64,000 nt of DNA from the human T2T-CHM13v2.0 reference genome, Homo sapiens (GCF_009914755.1 NC_060934.1), one strand, 5' to 3'; shown: positions 34,925 to 54,018, counted from the stretch's first letter. Numbers and translations: made by a program. The notes: generated by a model from the sequence alone, not told the origin.

Positions 34925-36303
34925 CAGTCATGCACCACACAATGACATTTCACTCAGTGATAAACCACATATATGACAGTGGTCCCATAAGATTATAATG
35001 GAGCTGAAAAATTCTTATCACCTAGTATTTACTATACTATACTTTTTATCATTATTTTAAAGTATACTCCTTCTACTTATTTTTTTTTAGAACTGTAAAA
35101 TAGCCTCAGGCAGGTCCTTCAGGAGGTATGGACAAGAAGGCATTGCTATCACAGGAGACGACAGCTCCATGCATGTTCCTGTCCCTGAAGGCCTTCCAGT
35201 CAGTCAAGATGTGGAGGCGGAAGACAGTGATATAAATGATCCTGACCCTGGTAGGCTAATGTGTGTATTTGTGTCTTAGTTTTTAAGAAAAAAGTTTAAA
35301 AGGTAAATAAAATAAAAAATATTAAAAATAGAAAAAAAGCTTACAGAATGTATTAGTCTGTTCTCATGATGCTAATAAAGATAAACCTGCTACTGGGTAA
35401 TGTATAAAAGAAAGAGGTTTAATTGACTCACAGTTCCACATGGCTGAGGAGGCCTCACAGTCATGGCGGAAGGCGAATGAGGAGCAAAGTCTTGTCTTAC
35501 ATGGGGGTGGCAAGAGAGCTTAGGCAGGGGAACTCCCATGTATAAAATCATCAGACCCCATGAGACTTTTTCACTACCATGAGAACAGTATGGGGGAAAC
35601 TGCCCCGATGATTCAATTATCTCTACCTCGCCCCGCCCTTGACACGTAGGGATTATTACAATTCAAGGTGAGATTTGGGTGGGAACGCAAAGCTTAACCA
35701 TATCACAGAATAAAGATATAAAGAAAATATTTTGTACAACTGTACAATGTATTTGTGTTTTAAGCTGTGTGATTACGAGTCAAAAAGTTAATAAAAATAA
35801 AAATTTATAAAGTAAAAAACTATAGTAAGCTAAGGTTAATTTATTATTGAAGAAAGGAATTTTTAAAAATAAATTTAGTGTAGCCTAAGTGTACAGTGTT
35901 TATAGTTTACTCTAGTGTACAGTCATGTCCTAGGCCTTCACAGTCACTCACCACTCACTCACTGACTCACCCAGAGCAACTTCCACTCCTGCAGGCTCCA
36001 TTCATAATAAATGCCCTATACAGATGTACCATTTTTTATTGATTATACATATTTTTACTGTACCTTTTCTATACTGAGTATGTTTAGATACACAAACACT
36101 TATCATTGTGCTGCAATTGCCTACAGTATTCAGAACATGCTGTACAGGTTTGTAGCTCTGAAGCAATAGGGGCTAGCCTAGGTGTTTGGTAGGCTATACC
36201 ATCTAGGCTGTGTAAGTAAACTCTACGATGTTCACACAACAATGAAGTCACCTAACAATGTGGTTCTCAGAACACATCCCCGCTGTTAAGCAACGCACGA
36301 GTG
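34925..36303. mobile_element. Tigger3b/MER7-like Tc1-mariner DNA transposon
   Basis: cagtcatgcaccacacaatgac ... gttaagcaacgcacgagtg termini with TA dinucleotides at 34923-34924 and 36304-36305. Confidence 0.8.
35349..35705 (-). mobile_element. THE1-type solo LTR nested in the Tigger element
   Basis: tgtattagtctgttctca...aaccatatca; 5-bp TSD cagaa at 35344-35348 and 35706-35710. Confidence 0.88.
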
Positions 36304-37809
36304 TACTTTTATTCTCAAATTGCAGAGAAGGAAAGTGAGGTTAGGAGCAGTTAAGGGATATGCAGAGTACAAAACGAGTAGGTGGCAGAGGTTAAACTTG
36401 AGTCCAGATCTTCTGAATCAACATCCAATGCTCTTTACCCTTTATCAGAGGTTGTATTTTATAATTTTAATTAGAAAAATATGAAGCACCACTATTAGGG
36501 CAGTGAAACTAATATTCATCCATACTGCATAATCTTGTGCCAAAAACAATTCCTAAAGAGAATTTCCAAAACATTTTAAGCAATGGCATCCTCATTAGCA
36601 TGAGTGTGTGGTCTTCTAAAAAATAAATGAATGGTGTTCCTATATTTCCAGATACGTGGTTGGACTTTAAAGTCTCATTATTTCAATGTCACAACTGGTA
36701 AGACTTTAAAATGCTTACTGTATTAGCTTCTATAAAAAAATCATTATGCAGGAAAAAATATTGAAGGAATAAGTGATTTAATAGCTGCAAAAGGGAAAAT
36801 TGCAAAGAATACCTAATGAATGTTAACATAACATAAAACCAGGCTTGTGGGCTACTTTATTTTTATCTAGGAAAAGAAAAAATGTTAGCATAATACTGAT
36901 ACCTACATGTCTACAGAAGAACTTCATCATACTTGGAGGTTATATGCTAGAATTTCCTCTCATAAATAGAGAAATATGAGAGAGATGTTGTCTAATTCAC
37001 TTTTCCCCACAGTTGTTGGCTTTGGGTCATTCATTCTGTTATACGTTTCTTGTAGGTGCAGTGACTACATGTATGAAATAAGCCTGCAAGAGTGTTATAT
37101 CAAGATAAAAGGGTCATATATGTGCCATAATTGGTCATCGAATGGCTTGACACTGATGTGTTAGAACAGTTCAACACCAATTGTTAAATATTAGGAAATT
37201 TTGTGAGCCAATCATGGAGCATTTACCCAATGGAAGTCAGTAAATACGACACACCAGGGGTTCCCCTCACTCCCACCCAAGCCAGTTTACCAGCACCCTG
37301 CTGACTTGAGGTGGGAGGAACAGTGGAGGGAGGTTGCTATTTACCACCTTACAAATGTTGGAAACCACAAATTGAGATTTCTCTGTACCGGCAGAGAATA
37401 CCAAAGATTATGCCAACGTCTCTGGTTACTTTGGATTTGATTTATAAATAGAATTTTACTAAAGCTGGGACAATAAGGCTGCATTTAAGGGCATTTCTAT
37501 CTTGCCAAACAAACATTGGGAGCTACAAAAGAAATCCAAAGTGTTCGCAGTGGATCGTTTAATTTACCTTCTGCTTAAAATAATGTATGGTGGCCACTAT
37601 ATTTATATAGTTGGAAAAAAAAGGAAAGTTAAGACTATAGATATATACTTTCTCTTTAAGAAAGAGAAATCATTTTTGACATATATTTTTGGAAAAGCAG
37701 GCACTAAACTGATGATCTCTTAGGAGAGTGGAGATGGGATTAATGGGAATGTTTATTCTCTTAATGTCCAAATTTTCTTTGTTGCTTTTTTTTAAAAAGT
37801 GGTGTTTAA

Positions 37810-38155
<346 letters not shown>

Positions 38156-39409
38156 CATTTAAGATTCTTATAACTAAATAGTACTTTTAAAAGAAAGAAA
38201 AGGACCAAATAATATCAGATAAATGTGGTCATACTGACCACTTGGTAATGGCCTGTTCAAGGCTGAAAACTTCTCCAATCGATCATTTCCATTCTTATTC
38301 GTCTAGTCTCAACCTATTTTCATTTCTTAATTGACTTGATTTTTCTTCAAAGATTAAATGCATTTGTTTCTTGTTGAACTCAGAATTTTCAGTTATTGTG
38401 CTTGTTTCAAAATGCTTTAAAATTAGTTCCTGCATTGTATTGAGAGACATATCAACTGAACTCTAAGGACTGGTGAGGTCTTGCAAGCCCACCACTGCTT
38501 TCATTTGTTTGCAAACCCCATGGGACTCCTATTTCCAAGTGCTGGCAGTAGACAGAGCTGGCAAAATTTTGTTCTGACAGACTACTTTATTCTTGTCAAG
38601 GAAAGTTTGTCAGTGGAAACTATGTCAGTAGAGGAGCTTCTGGAGAATTCCAGCATCAGGGGCACTGGGTTGTTATTTCTGGCTTGGCTGTAGAATGAAC
38701 CCTGGGACTATAGGCAAGTCACTTAATCTTTTAAAGTCTCACCTGAAAATAAGAATAATACCATGATTCTGTGACTCAAAGATACACATTTTCCCTGCAT
38801 TTTATTATTCCTGAAATGGAATGTGTCTAAATAAACTTGCCAGCTTCCAGGCCCAGTATGGATACCCCAGTATGAGATATAAGTAACATTTGTGAATGTA
38901 GGTGAACTTGGAGGGCTACATAGAAGGTATCTGCTTATTTGATATCACATGGGATGAGTGATTTGCATTGATAGCAGCACACATGTTTATTTGCATTTCA
39001 TGTTAAATAAATCAAAATTTACATTTATTCTGATCAAAGCAAATCTTTGTCTCTGGAGGACTGAATAAATATTTTCCTATTAACAAGCAACAGCCTCTAA
39101 TAACTGTTATTAAATTGTCATCCTCAACTGATGACATATTATAATCAAGGAAAAGGGAAAATAATACCAGCAGGCTAATGTTGAAGATTCAATAAGATTA
39201 AGCTCATAAAATGCTTAGCATAGTGCCTGGTGCATAGGACGCACTCAAGAAATATTGTCATCATTGTCATCATCATCATCACCACCATACTTTATAACAT
39301 ATTACTCAACAATTGCTTTCCATAGCCATATTTCATTCACAACCCCTGTGTAAGGAAGGCCGTAAAGTCTGATGCACCCAGAGACATTGGACAAGTCACT
39401 TAGTCTGAA

Positions 39410-39660
39410 TAGTGGTTCTCAACTTTTGCTGAATTTCAGAATTACCTTGTGAGCTTTTGAAAAATATCAGTACCTGAGTCCCAGGCCAATTAAATTAGAA
39501 TCTTTAGGGGTTGGGTCCAAGTATTTGAAATGTTATTAAAGCTTCCTGGTGATTTTAATGTGAATTATTTTATGTTAGTGGTTCTCAACCTTAGCTGCAC
39601 ATGAGAGATCACACAGCTCAGATGAAGCTCATCAGCATTTCAAGGGGTCAGATTTAGGCA
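39410..39660. mobile_element. MER5-like hAT MITE remnants beside the PIPSL insertion site
   Basis: Two agtggttctcaac starts (39411, about 39578); similar MER5-like sequence at about 43030-43190 on the other side. Confidence 0.55.
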
Positions 39661-39661
39661 T

Positions 39662-39676
39662 CAGGATTTCTTTTCT
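39662..39676 (+). repeat. Target-site duplication of the PIPSL insertion (left copy; right copy 43009-43023)
   Basis: Identical caggatttcttttct at both positions. Confidence 0.92.
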
Positions 39677-39688
39677 TTTCTTTTCTTT

Positions 39689-39760
<72 letters not shown>

Positions 39761-39768
39761 TTTTTTTT
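39677..39768 (-). repeat. Retrocopy poly(A) tail decayed to A10-(GAAA)17-(GAAAA)n
   Basis: T10 at 39759-39768, (TTTC)17 at 39691-39758, then TTTTC units merging into the TSD. Confidence 0.9.
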
Positions 39769-39798
39769 GAAGCAAAGAAGGAAAAAATCTTGCCAAGC

Positions 39799-39804
39799 TT
39801 TATT
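39799..39804 (-). terminator. Polyadenylation signal AATAAA (PSMD4-derived)
   Basis: tttatt on + strand, 30 nt before the poly(A). Confidence 0.85.
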
Positions 39805-39901
39805 TAGGCTGTAATGATTACAGATAACACACATCTAACCCTATATTCCGTGCTTCCCATGCAGTCCCCTGAGCAGGCTCAGCTACCCTTTCCCTCCAGT
39901 C

Positions 39902-42613
<2,712 letters not shown>

Positions 42614-43416
42614 TCAAGGGCCTGGCTCTCTTTCAATCCGGCTCTTCCTCTTCTCGGAATCGAATCTTCCCAATGTCTCTTTATAGAACCCACGTTCTGT
42701 GGGCCCCCTCCCCGCCCCCTCCAGGGCTCCCTCAGACAAGTCGAGCCGGCTGCTGGACCAGCTCAAGTCCACACCATTCGCCTGGCATGGGGGAGAACTC
42801 ACGTCTCGCACCCCCTCCACAAGTTTAACTGCTTTCCACAGGGGATACTTTCCCCTTTCACAGAAGAGTAAGCTTAAGCTGGCTGCTGGGACCTTGCGTC
42901 CAGACCAAGCCACATCTGAAAAAAAAAACGAGGCATGAAAAGTCCCAGAGGAGCAAACGCCCCCTCTCCGTCCTCCCTAGCCACCGCCTGTTAATCGCCC
43001 AACCCGGCCAGGATTTCTTTTCTGAGTAGTGGATCCCATACATCAGAATCATCTGGGGCACTTGTAATTTAATCCAAACTCATGTGCTCCAGTCCCCCCA
43101 ATTTTTATTTAAGTCTGGGGTGAGGGCCCTACAATCTGTGCTTTTAAAAAGTTCCCGTTTTTCTCTGGTATAGAGTTTGAGAATTGCCAGTCTAATAAGC
43201 CTCTGACTGGTGGTGATGGTTGCCAGTCTGATAAGGCCCCACCTCCAACATTGGGGATCATATTTTGATGTGATATTTGGGGGGGGGAATATCAAAACTA
43301 TATCAGAGACTGTTCATTCAGCAAGCACTATAATGCTATTTACCTGCAGCACCTTACACTGTACCTGGCACACAGGAGATGCCCAGTGAATATTTCTGAA
43401 TGGATGAAATGCCTGC

Positions 43417-44000
43417 TGTATTAGTCAGGGTTCTCTTAGAGGGACAGAACGAATAGGAGATATATATATATATATACATATATATATACTATATATATAA
43501 TATATACACATATATATACTATATATATAGTATATATACATATATACTATATATATAATATATACATATATATACTATATATATAATATATATACATATA
43601 TATACACAATATATATAAATATATGTACATATATATATAAAAGTTTATTAAGTATTAACTCACACAATCACAAGGCCCCACAATAGGCTGTCTGCAAACT
43701 GAGGAGCAAGGAGAGCCAGTCCGAGTCCCAAAACTGAAGAACTTGGAGTCCGATGTTCAAGGGCAGGAAGCATCCAGCAGGGGAGAAAGATGTAGGCTGG
43801 GAGGCTAGACCCGTGTCTTCTTTTCACGTTTTTCTGCCTGCTTTATATTCGTTGGAAGCTGATTAGATTGTGCCCACCAGTTTAAGGGCCCACTGATTCA
43901 AATGTTAATCTCTTTTGGCAACACCAAAACAGGCACACCCAGGATTAATACTTTGTATCCCTCCATCCAATCAAGTTGACACTTACTGTTAACCATCACA
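43417..44000 (-). mobile_element. MLT2A (HERV-L) solo LTR with internal (TA)n expansion
   Basis: Minus strand starts TGTGATGGTTAA...GTCAACTTGATTGGA; 5-bp TSD cctgc at 43412-43416 and 44001-44005; TA tract 43461-43640. Confidence 0.9.
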
Positions 44001-46009
44001 CCTGCTATAAGCCAAGTATGATACCAGGTCCTGGAGATACAGAGATAAATATGATAGGTCAGCTCCTGAACAAACCATCTAACAAGGGAGTCCAAATTAT
44101 TTTTTAAAAAGATAGTAATGGAGTACAGCAGTTAACATAATAGGAAGATACAAAACTGAATTGGGTGAACACTAGAGGAGGAGTTCTGAGGAGAGCACTG
44201 AACTGAGACTGCAGATGAGGGGGATCAGGAGAGAGTTCCAAGCAGGCTAACACAAGCCAAGTCTAGAAGGACCAGCAGAGAGTCAGTTTGGCACAGAAGT
44301 GAGGTATGAATCTTCCAGCTGAGCAACACCCTGGACCAGGCACAGAAGCATGACCATCACCGTGGTTTTGTGAAACCAACAGAAGATGAACATGCTAACT
44401 GTTGGTGGGTAGAGAGACCACAGGACTGAGCATGTCCAGGGCTGGGGTGGGAAGGAATCTATGTTTTCCCCTCCTCCCAGCACATACGTTTGCTGGGTGC
44501 TCGAGAGCTGTGGTCTTCTGATATAGATGTGGCTGAATGGCAGGAACACTAGACAGGAGAGTGAAGGCCCCTGTTCTCAGCTTCAAGGAAAATTTCTTAT
44601 TCATTTTTGTTCTTTAGGGCCAAGTTCAAGCTTCTGCAAAGACTGGGTGTTCCCCAAATGCTTCAGACAGACTGGCAGGGCAGCGACACAGCCAAAATTG
44701 TGAACAGGCTCCCCAATTGTTCCGGGGACTTGCTGTTCTCCAGCTCTTTCCCCTGAGGGCCTCTGGAGCCTGGGGTGTGCAGGCCTGGTATTATCTGTCT
44801 CAACTGAAATAGATTTTCTGGCATATAAAGAGACGCCACAAAGGAAGACATATACCCAGCTACATGGGTGTGTATCCCTAGATGCATTTTTACCGCTAAA
44901 GTCAAGATCGGATATTTCTGACTGCTTTCCACAAAGCTAAACTTGGACAAAAACTGCATGTAAACACATTAGTTTCCCCAAATCACTGTCTTTCATCATC
45001 TAACAATTAGATTACAATTTATTGGTTTCTAGAATTAGATTAAAGCAGTCCGTAGACAATTAGACTTATTAAAATAATATCTGCTAAAAGGAAAGCTTCC
45101 AAGTTGGTTTGAACTCCAAATTATTCAAAATATAATATCCACATTTTTTCCCTGACCTCCCTTTTCTAATCCTATTGAACTCTGTCTTAATTTTGTATAA
45201 GGTTTATTCATCTTGATCAGAAGCTTAATAGACTAAACTGGAATTACTATATTTAAGATATATGGCTCTGAAGGGGACTAAAACTTGTTTTCTTCCTTAG
45301 ATTTAAAATAAAGTCAATTTCAATTTAATTGGTTAATTTCAAGGGCTTTTAAATTTTTTCTTTCCTGGGGAGGGCAAGTATGTTTCAGTTGTAAAGAAGT
45401 AAACAAAAGCCATTCTCTTTGATTAAGAAAGTGTAAGGTTAACAAAATTAAAGCACTCACATCTGGGTGAATTGGTCTCTCAGAACAAACCAGCTATTTC
45501 TACATGACAACAATAGTTTGCAAGTGGTTGTTTTGACACCTCCCCATCTACAGTAACAAGAAAATATAATAACTTGAGGAAATAAACAGGGCATAAATAT
45601 GTCTAGAAAGGAGAGAGAATCATTTAGTGAGTTCAAATCCAAGGTTTAGCCTCATCAGAAAACCTTAAGAAAAGTCACAAAAATGTCTAGATCTCCCTTT
45701 CCTCACTTTTACATGGAGAATGAAAGTACCTATGTTGAAAGTTGATTAGTGGTTGCTAAGGGCTGGGAGAGGCGGGATGGTGAGTGACTGCTAGAGAATG
45801 CTGGAGCTTCTCTTTTGGGGTGATGAAATGTTCTTGAATTAGATAGTGGTGATGGCTGCACACCTTGTCCTGCATCCTTGCAAACTCCTTAGTCTCAGGC
45901 AAACCAGGACAGTTGAACACTCTAAGCCAGCTGTTTTTATTCAGGGTTCATGGGCAATAAGAGACCCATTTGAATTCAGTATTATAAGCATGGCCATTGG
46001 ACTGTCTCA

Positions 46010-46200
46010 TGCAGTAGCTCTCACACTTTAGCCTCCATCAGAATCAGCTGGAGGTCTTCTTAAAACACAGGTTGCTGGATCCAACCTCCAGAGTTTCTAA
46101 CTCAGTAGTTCTGAGGTGGGGTCTGAGAACTGGTGTTTCAAACAAGTTCCCAAGAAATACTAATGCAGCTGGTCCTGAGACCATACTTTGAGAAGTACTG
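46010..46200. mobile_element. MER5A-like MITE
   Basis: catcagaatcagctggagg...aacaagttccc...gagaccatactttgagaa. Confidence 0.7.
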
Positions 46201-46539
46201 GCGTATGCATTTAAAAATAGATAACATTGGGAAAAGGCCTTATGAAAATAAATAAATAATAAAATTGAAAAAATAAAAATTGATACATTATGGGCAAAGA
46301 AATAAATTGTACTTGAACAGAATTTAAATTTCAGCTGCCATGATGAGCGAGGGTGAAATTCCACAAGTATTTCAGTTTATCTATACTCTCTCTCAGAGCT
46401 ACCCAAATTGGTGTTAGGGTGGAAATATTGTGGAGGAAGATATGTTAATATTTGTGCTAAGAAAATAAGCTTGCACTTTTAGCCAATCAACAGTAAAATG
46501 AGTTTGAGTTAATCTTTAATATAGTAATATGAGATGTAA

Positions 46540-46953
<414 letters not shown>

Positions 46954-47804
46954 TAGCCATAAGCCTTTTTTTTTTTTTTTTGGAAGTCTTAAAACCCATG
47001 TTTAATACTTGCATAATAGTCCATCCAGTAGTGAAGCAAAATTTCCTAAACCTAACCCTTATTACTGGACATTTAGGTTGTTTTCATTTTCAGTTTTCAG
47101 GCATAGTTTTTTTACTTTTGTCAACCTAATTCCTTGAAAAGAATCCTTAGGGCAATGCCTGCCTCAGCCAGCATGGAAGTGTTTCCATGTTTGATAAGCA
47201 TTGCTGCATGCTGGCCTATGCAGGCTGAGCCATGGTCATGCCACTGGTAATTCACTGTACCAGCTTCCCCATGACCTTGGCAGCACTGGAAGTTATTTTA
47301 AAACACAAACTACAGTGAGGTGGGAGGAACTGGTTTAATAAGCATAAAATAGTGTTTGTTTTTCTTGAACTGTTTACTTCTCTATTATTACTTTCCCCAA
47401 CTTATTTTGAAAATTTTTAAGCTTACAGAGAAATTGAGTCTCATATCCTCTTCACCGAGATGCAGTTGTTAATATTTTGCCATATGTGATTTCTTTCTCT
47501 TAATACACACACACACTTTTTGCTGAGCCATTCGAAAGTTGCAGACATGACACTTCACCCCTAAATACCCCACCATGAGTCTTCTACATAATCCAAATAA
47601 CCATTATCAAACAACACATACACAAGAAATTTAACATTGATACAAAATAGTATCTATTATGCAGTACATATGCAGATTTCCCTAATAATCCCAAAATGTC
47701 TTATACAGCTGTTTTTTAAAATCTAGGATTCAATCAAGATTCACACATTGTATTTGTTTATCACATCTCTTTACTGTCTTTTAGCCTAGAAAAGTGTCCT
47801 GATG

Positions 47805-48107
47805 TATGTATTTATTTATTTTTGAGACAGGGTCTCGCTTTGTCACCTAGGCTGGAGTGCAATGGCGCTATCTCTCAGCTCACCGCAACTTCTGCCTCCC
47901 AGGTTCAAGTGATTCTCGTGCCTTAGCCGCCTGAGTAGCTGGGACTACAGGCATATGCCACCACGCCCAGCTAATTTTTGTATTCTTAGTAGAGAAGGGG
48001 TTTTGCCATGTTGGCCAGGCTGGTCTTGAACTCCTGTCCTCAAGTGATCCACCTGCCTCGGCATCCCAAAGGACTGGGATTACAGGTGTGAGCCACCACG
48101 CCTGGCC
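47805..48107 (-). mobile_element. Alu (AluS-type) within old L1 (about 47380-49660)
   Basis: Full Alu, TSD tcctgatgtat. Confidence 0.88.
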
Positions 48108-48732
48108 TCCTGATGTATTTTTAACTCTTTCATAACACTGAATCTTTTTGAAGAGTACTGTCTAATTGTTTTACAGTATATCCCACATTCTGGATTTGCC
48201 ACATTATATTTTCATAACTATATTTAAGTTAAACATTTTTGGTCAAGAACACTGTATATGTGATGATGTGTACTTCCCACTGCACCCCATCAAGAGGCAC
48301 ATGATGTCAGGTTGTCCAATTACTAGCAGGGCTGAGTTTTATCACTGGGTTAAAGCAGTGTCTGTTGTAAAAACACATTTTCCATTTGTAATTAATCAGT
48401 AATGTATGGAGGTAGTAACTGGAGGCTGTGAACATCATGTTCCCCAACATTTCACTCAGAGGATTTTGTGTCCATTGATGATTCTTCCTAATTAGTTATT
48501 ACATTGTTGGCTACAAAGTGATGATTTCTAATTTAATTATGATTCCTTTTTATATATTAGCAGATATTCTTCAGTATAAGTCAGCTATATTCCCCTTTTA
48601 AAATATCTGGACTTCCGGCCTCATGAACTCATGGATTCTCTTTTAGATACAGTATTATAATCCATTAACACTGATATTCTTTTTGAAGCTCAAATTGTCC
48701 AAACTTTGGCCAATAACAGCTCCTTTAGTGCC

Positions 48733-48770
48733 ACGTTGGTGGTATAATGGTGAGCGTAGCTGCCTTCCAA
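48733..48770 (+). pseudogene. Tailless retrocopy of tRNA-Gly(TCC) 5' half
   Basis: acgttggtggtataatggtgagcgtagctgccttccaa matches the tRNA-Gly-TCC 5' half through the anticodon; 16-bp direct repeat ccaataa(c/a)agctcctt at 48710-48725 and 48767-48782. Confidence 0.85.
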
Positions 48771-49654
48771 TAAAAGCTCCTTCGAGCTGACTGCTGTGTC
48801 CTTTTGAAACGTCCTCATTAGTCTTTCAACAATTCTTTGCTTTTTAGCAGAATAAGATATTCCAGGCTCTGCTTCTACTTTTACTACCCTAGATCTGAAA
48901 TGAGCAATTTCTCCAAGGAAAACCTGGTTCCTTTTTGTGGGAAATCATATTTATTAATAGTAACCAAGGTCTGGGTGGCAGTTATGCTCATTGCTACTGG
49001 GTACTATTGCTTCTAGGCCTTGTCTGGAAAGAGCTAATGTGTATACATGTGCGTGAGTATGTGTGTGTGTGTATGTGTGTGTTTAGCTATTTATAAAATA
49101 ATGACTTCACACTGATACCTCCAATTCCCTTCAATTCAATATAATGTCACAAGGTTCTTCCTTACCTTCCCGTACTCCACATTTGTATTTCCCTTTTACT
49201 ACAGTGAGAGTCCTGGATCTCTAAAATATCAATATATTTACTCTCTCATACAGTATACATGAAATAGTTTCATAGTTACTATGTCAATAATACACCAAAA
49301 TAAAACCTAGTAAGTAAAATTCGAGATTTTCCTAAAGCTTTTTTTGTCTGTAGAATATATCCTCCAATCCCACCTGAAATGAGAAAAAATAAATAAAAAT
49401 TAAAAAATTAAAAAGATAAAATAGGATATATCCTACAAAGGGTATACTATTGGATTGTTATGTTCAAAAGTTTCTTGGATTATTTCTTTTTGTGTGCGGG
49501 TATATGATCAATTTGATATCTATTTGTATTTATTTGTATCTGTTTGTATTCATTTTTATGGTTTGCTCTTTCCACCACTGTAATTTTATTTTTTGAAAAT
49601 GTAGACCACGTATGTGGTTCAAAGGTGAAAAACTATATATAAAGTATGATACAC

Positions 49655-50120
49655 TGTTATAATGGTGGCTGTCAATGAGCCATGCCTTCTGGTATTCACG
49701 CCTTGTGTAGTCTCCTCTCCCACTGACACTGGAATGGCCACGGGACTTGCTTTGGTCAATGAGACACGAGTAAATATAATCGAGTAGAGGCTTGATTAGC
49801 TCTTGCATTGAGGCTTGTCTTCTGGGAATTCTCCCTCTTGGAGCCCAGCTGTCAGCTGTAGAGAATCCAGGCTATTCTCCAGGAGACAGAGGCTGGGTAG
49901 AGAGATCTGGGAGAATGAGACAGCATGTGGACAGAGAGAGGCCAAGGGGAGGAGAACTGAGTTACCCCAGCTGAAGTTCCAGCTGCAGACAGCCCATGAG
50001 TGATTCCAGCTGACACCACATGGAGGACAAGCACCACCCCAGAATGGTGAGAAATTATAGTCATTAAGGCACTAAATTTGGGATAGTTTGCTGCACTGTA
50101 ATAGATAAGTAAAACAAAAG
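49655..50120 (+). mobile_element. MLT1-type MaLR LTR
   Basis: gccttctggtattcacgccttgtgtagtc...gacttgctttggtcaatg...cactaaatttggg...gtaatagataa. Confidence 0.65.
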
Positions 50121-50186
50121 ATACACTCAAATACGTGCAACCTCATCTATTTCAATTGGATATTGTTGCATAAAAAACTATCCCAA

Positions 50187-50495
50187 GGCCGGGCGGACCC
50201 AGTGGCTCATGCCTGTAATCCTAGCACTTTGGGAGGCGGAGGCAGGTGGATCACAAGGTCAGGAGATAGAGACCATCCTGGCCAACATGGTGAAATCCCG
50301 TCTCTACTAAAAATACAAAAAAATTTAGCCGGGCGTGGTTGTATGTGCTTGTAGTCCCAGCTACTCAGGAGGCTGAGGCAGGAGAATCACTTGAACCCGG
50401 AGGCAGAGGTTGCCATGAGCCGAGATCGTGCCACTGCACTCTAGCCTGGGCAACAGAATGAGACTCCATTTCAAAATTAAAAAAAAAAAAAAAAA
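50187..50495 (+). mobile_element. Alu (AluS-type)
   Basis: Full Alu; TSD aaaaaacta(t/c)cccaa. Confidence 0.88.
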
Positions 50496-50751
50496 ACTAC
50501 CCCAAAACTTAGAGGTTTAAATCAATAATTTATTGTTACTATATCTCATAACTTAACGGGTCAAGAATGCAGTAAGAGCACAGCAGGAAAGCCTTGACCC
50601 TGTTCTACAATTTCTGAAGTCGCAGCTGGGATTCTCTGAGTGCTGGAATGCTAAAGAGCTGGGTGCTGTTAGGTATCTCTCTCTTTCTGTCTCTATATCA
50701 TCATCCCTCAGTATCCACAGGGGATTTGTTCCAGGACCCCCATGGATATCA

Positions 50752-52927
<2,176 letters not shown>

Positions 52928-54018
52928 AAAAAAAATGGCAAAGTATTTGCATGTAACCTATATGCATCCTTCCTTATACTTTAAATCCTCTCTATATTAC
53001 TAATAATACCTAATACTATGTAAATAATTGTTACACTGTTTTTTTTTTAATTTGTATTTTTCCTTTTTCCTCAAATATTTTCAATCCAAGGTTGGTTGAA
53101 TCCACAGACAGGGAATAGCTTCTCCACACAACTATCTTAAGCTTCCTCCCAGCATGGGAACTTCACCCTCATTGCTTCTTACATGATATTTCAGGGCTCC
53201 AAGAGCAAGTGTTCAAAGAGACAAGAAGTAGAAGCTCTCTTTTTCTTAAGCCTCTAACCTGAAAACCGGCGGTGTCACTTCCACTGTATCCTGTTAGTGA
53301 AAGCAGTCGCAGAATCTACCTATATTCAAGGGCCAGGAACATAGACCCCACATTTTGATGGGAAGATATCAAAGAATTTGTGGCCATCCTTAATCTGCTG
53401 CACTGTCCCCTATTCCTTCTTTTCCATTTCATTCTCTCCTTCCTTACAGCGCACTTAAAAAAAATTTTAAACCCACAAGTTTTGTTTCCCTTTTTCTCCC
53501 TATGCAACAGATAGCATTATTTAACTATTTTCTTGCACGTTGCTTATTTTCTAGACAGCTTTATTGAGGTATTGTTGTCACACAATGCACTGCATATATA
53601 AAAATGTAAAATTTGATAAAATTTTACTTGTGCATATATCTGTGCATCACCAACACAATCAAGATAATGCACAGATCCACCACCCCCAAAGGTTTCTCGT
53701 TGTAATCTTTCCCTCCTACCCCTTTCCACCCTCTTCCCAGGCAACCCTGATCTCCTTTCTATCACTATACATTAGTTTACACTTTCTAGAATTATATATT
53801 AATGCAATAACCCCGTATATACTCTTTTTATGGTGGTTCTTTTGGGAGGTCTGGCTTCTTAGACTCAGTATCATTGTTTTGAGATGCAACCACATTGTTG
53901 CCTATATCACTAGTTTGTTCCTTTTCATTGCTGAATAGTATTTCATTATATGGCTATATCTCAATTTGTTATTCAATCATCTGTTAATTGGAATTCAGGT
54001 TGTTTCCAGTTTGGAGTT

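Noticed and set aside
43184-43235. Direct repeat ttgccagtct(a/g)ataag upstream of PIPSL
   Set aside because: Encloses only ~20 unrecognisable nt at a junction of repeat remnants; cannot support an insertion or regulatory role.
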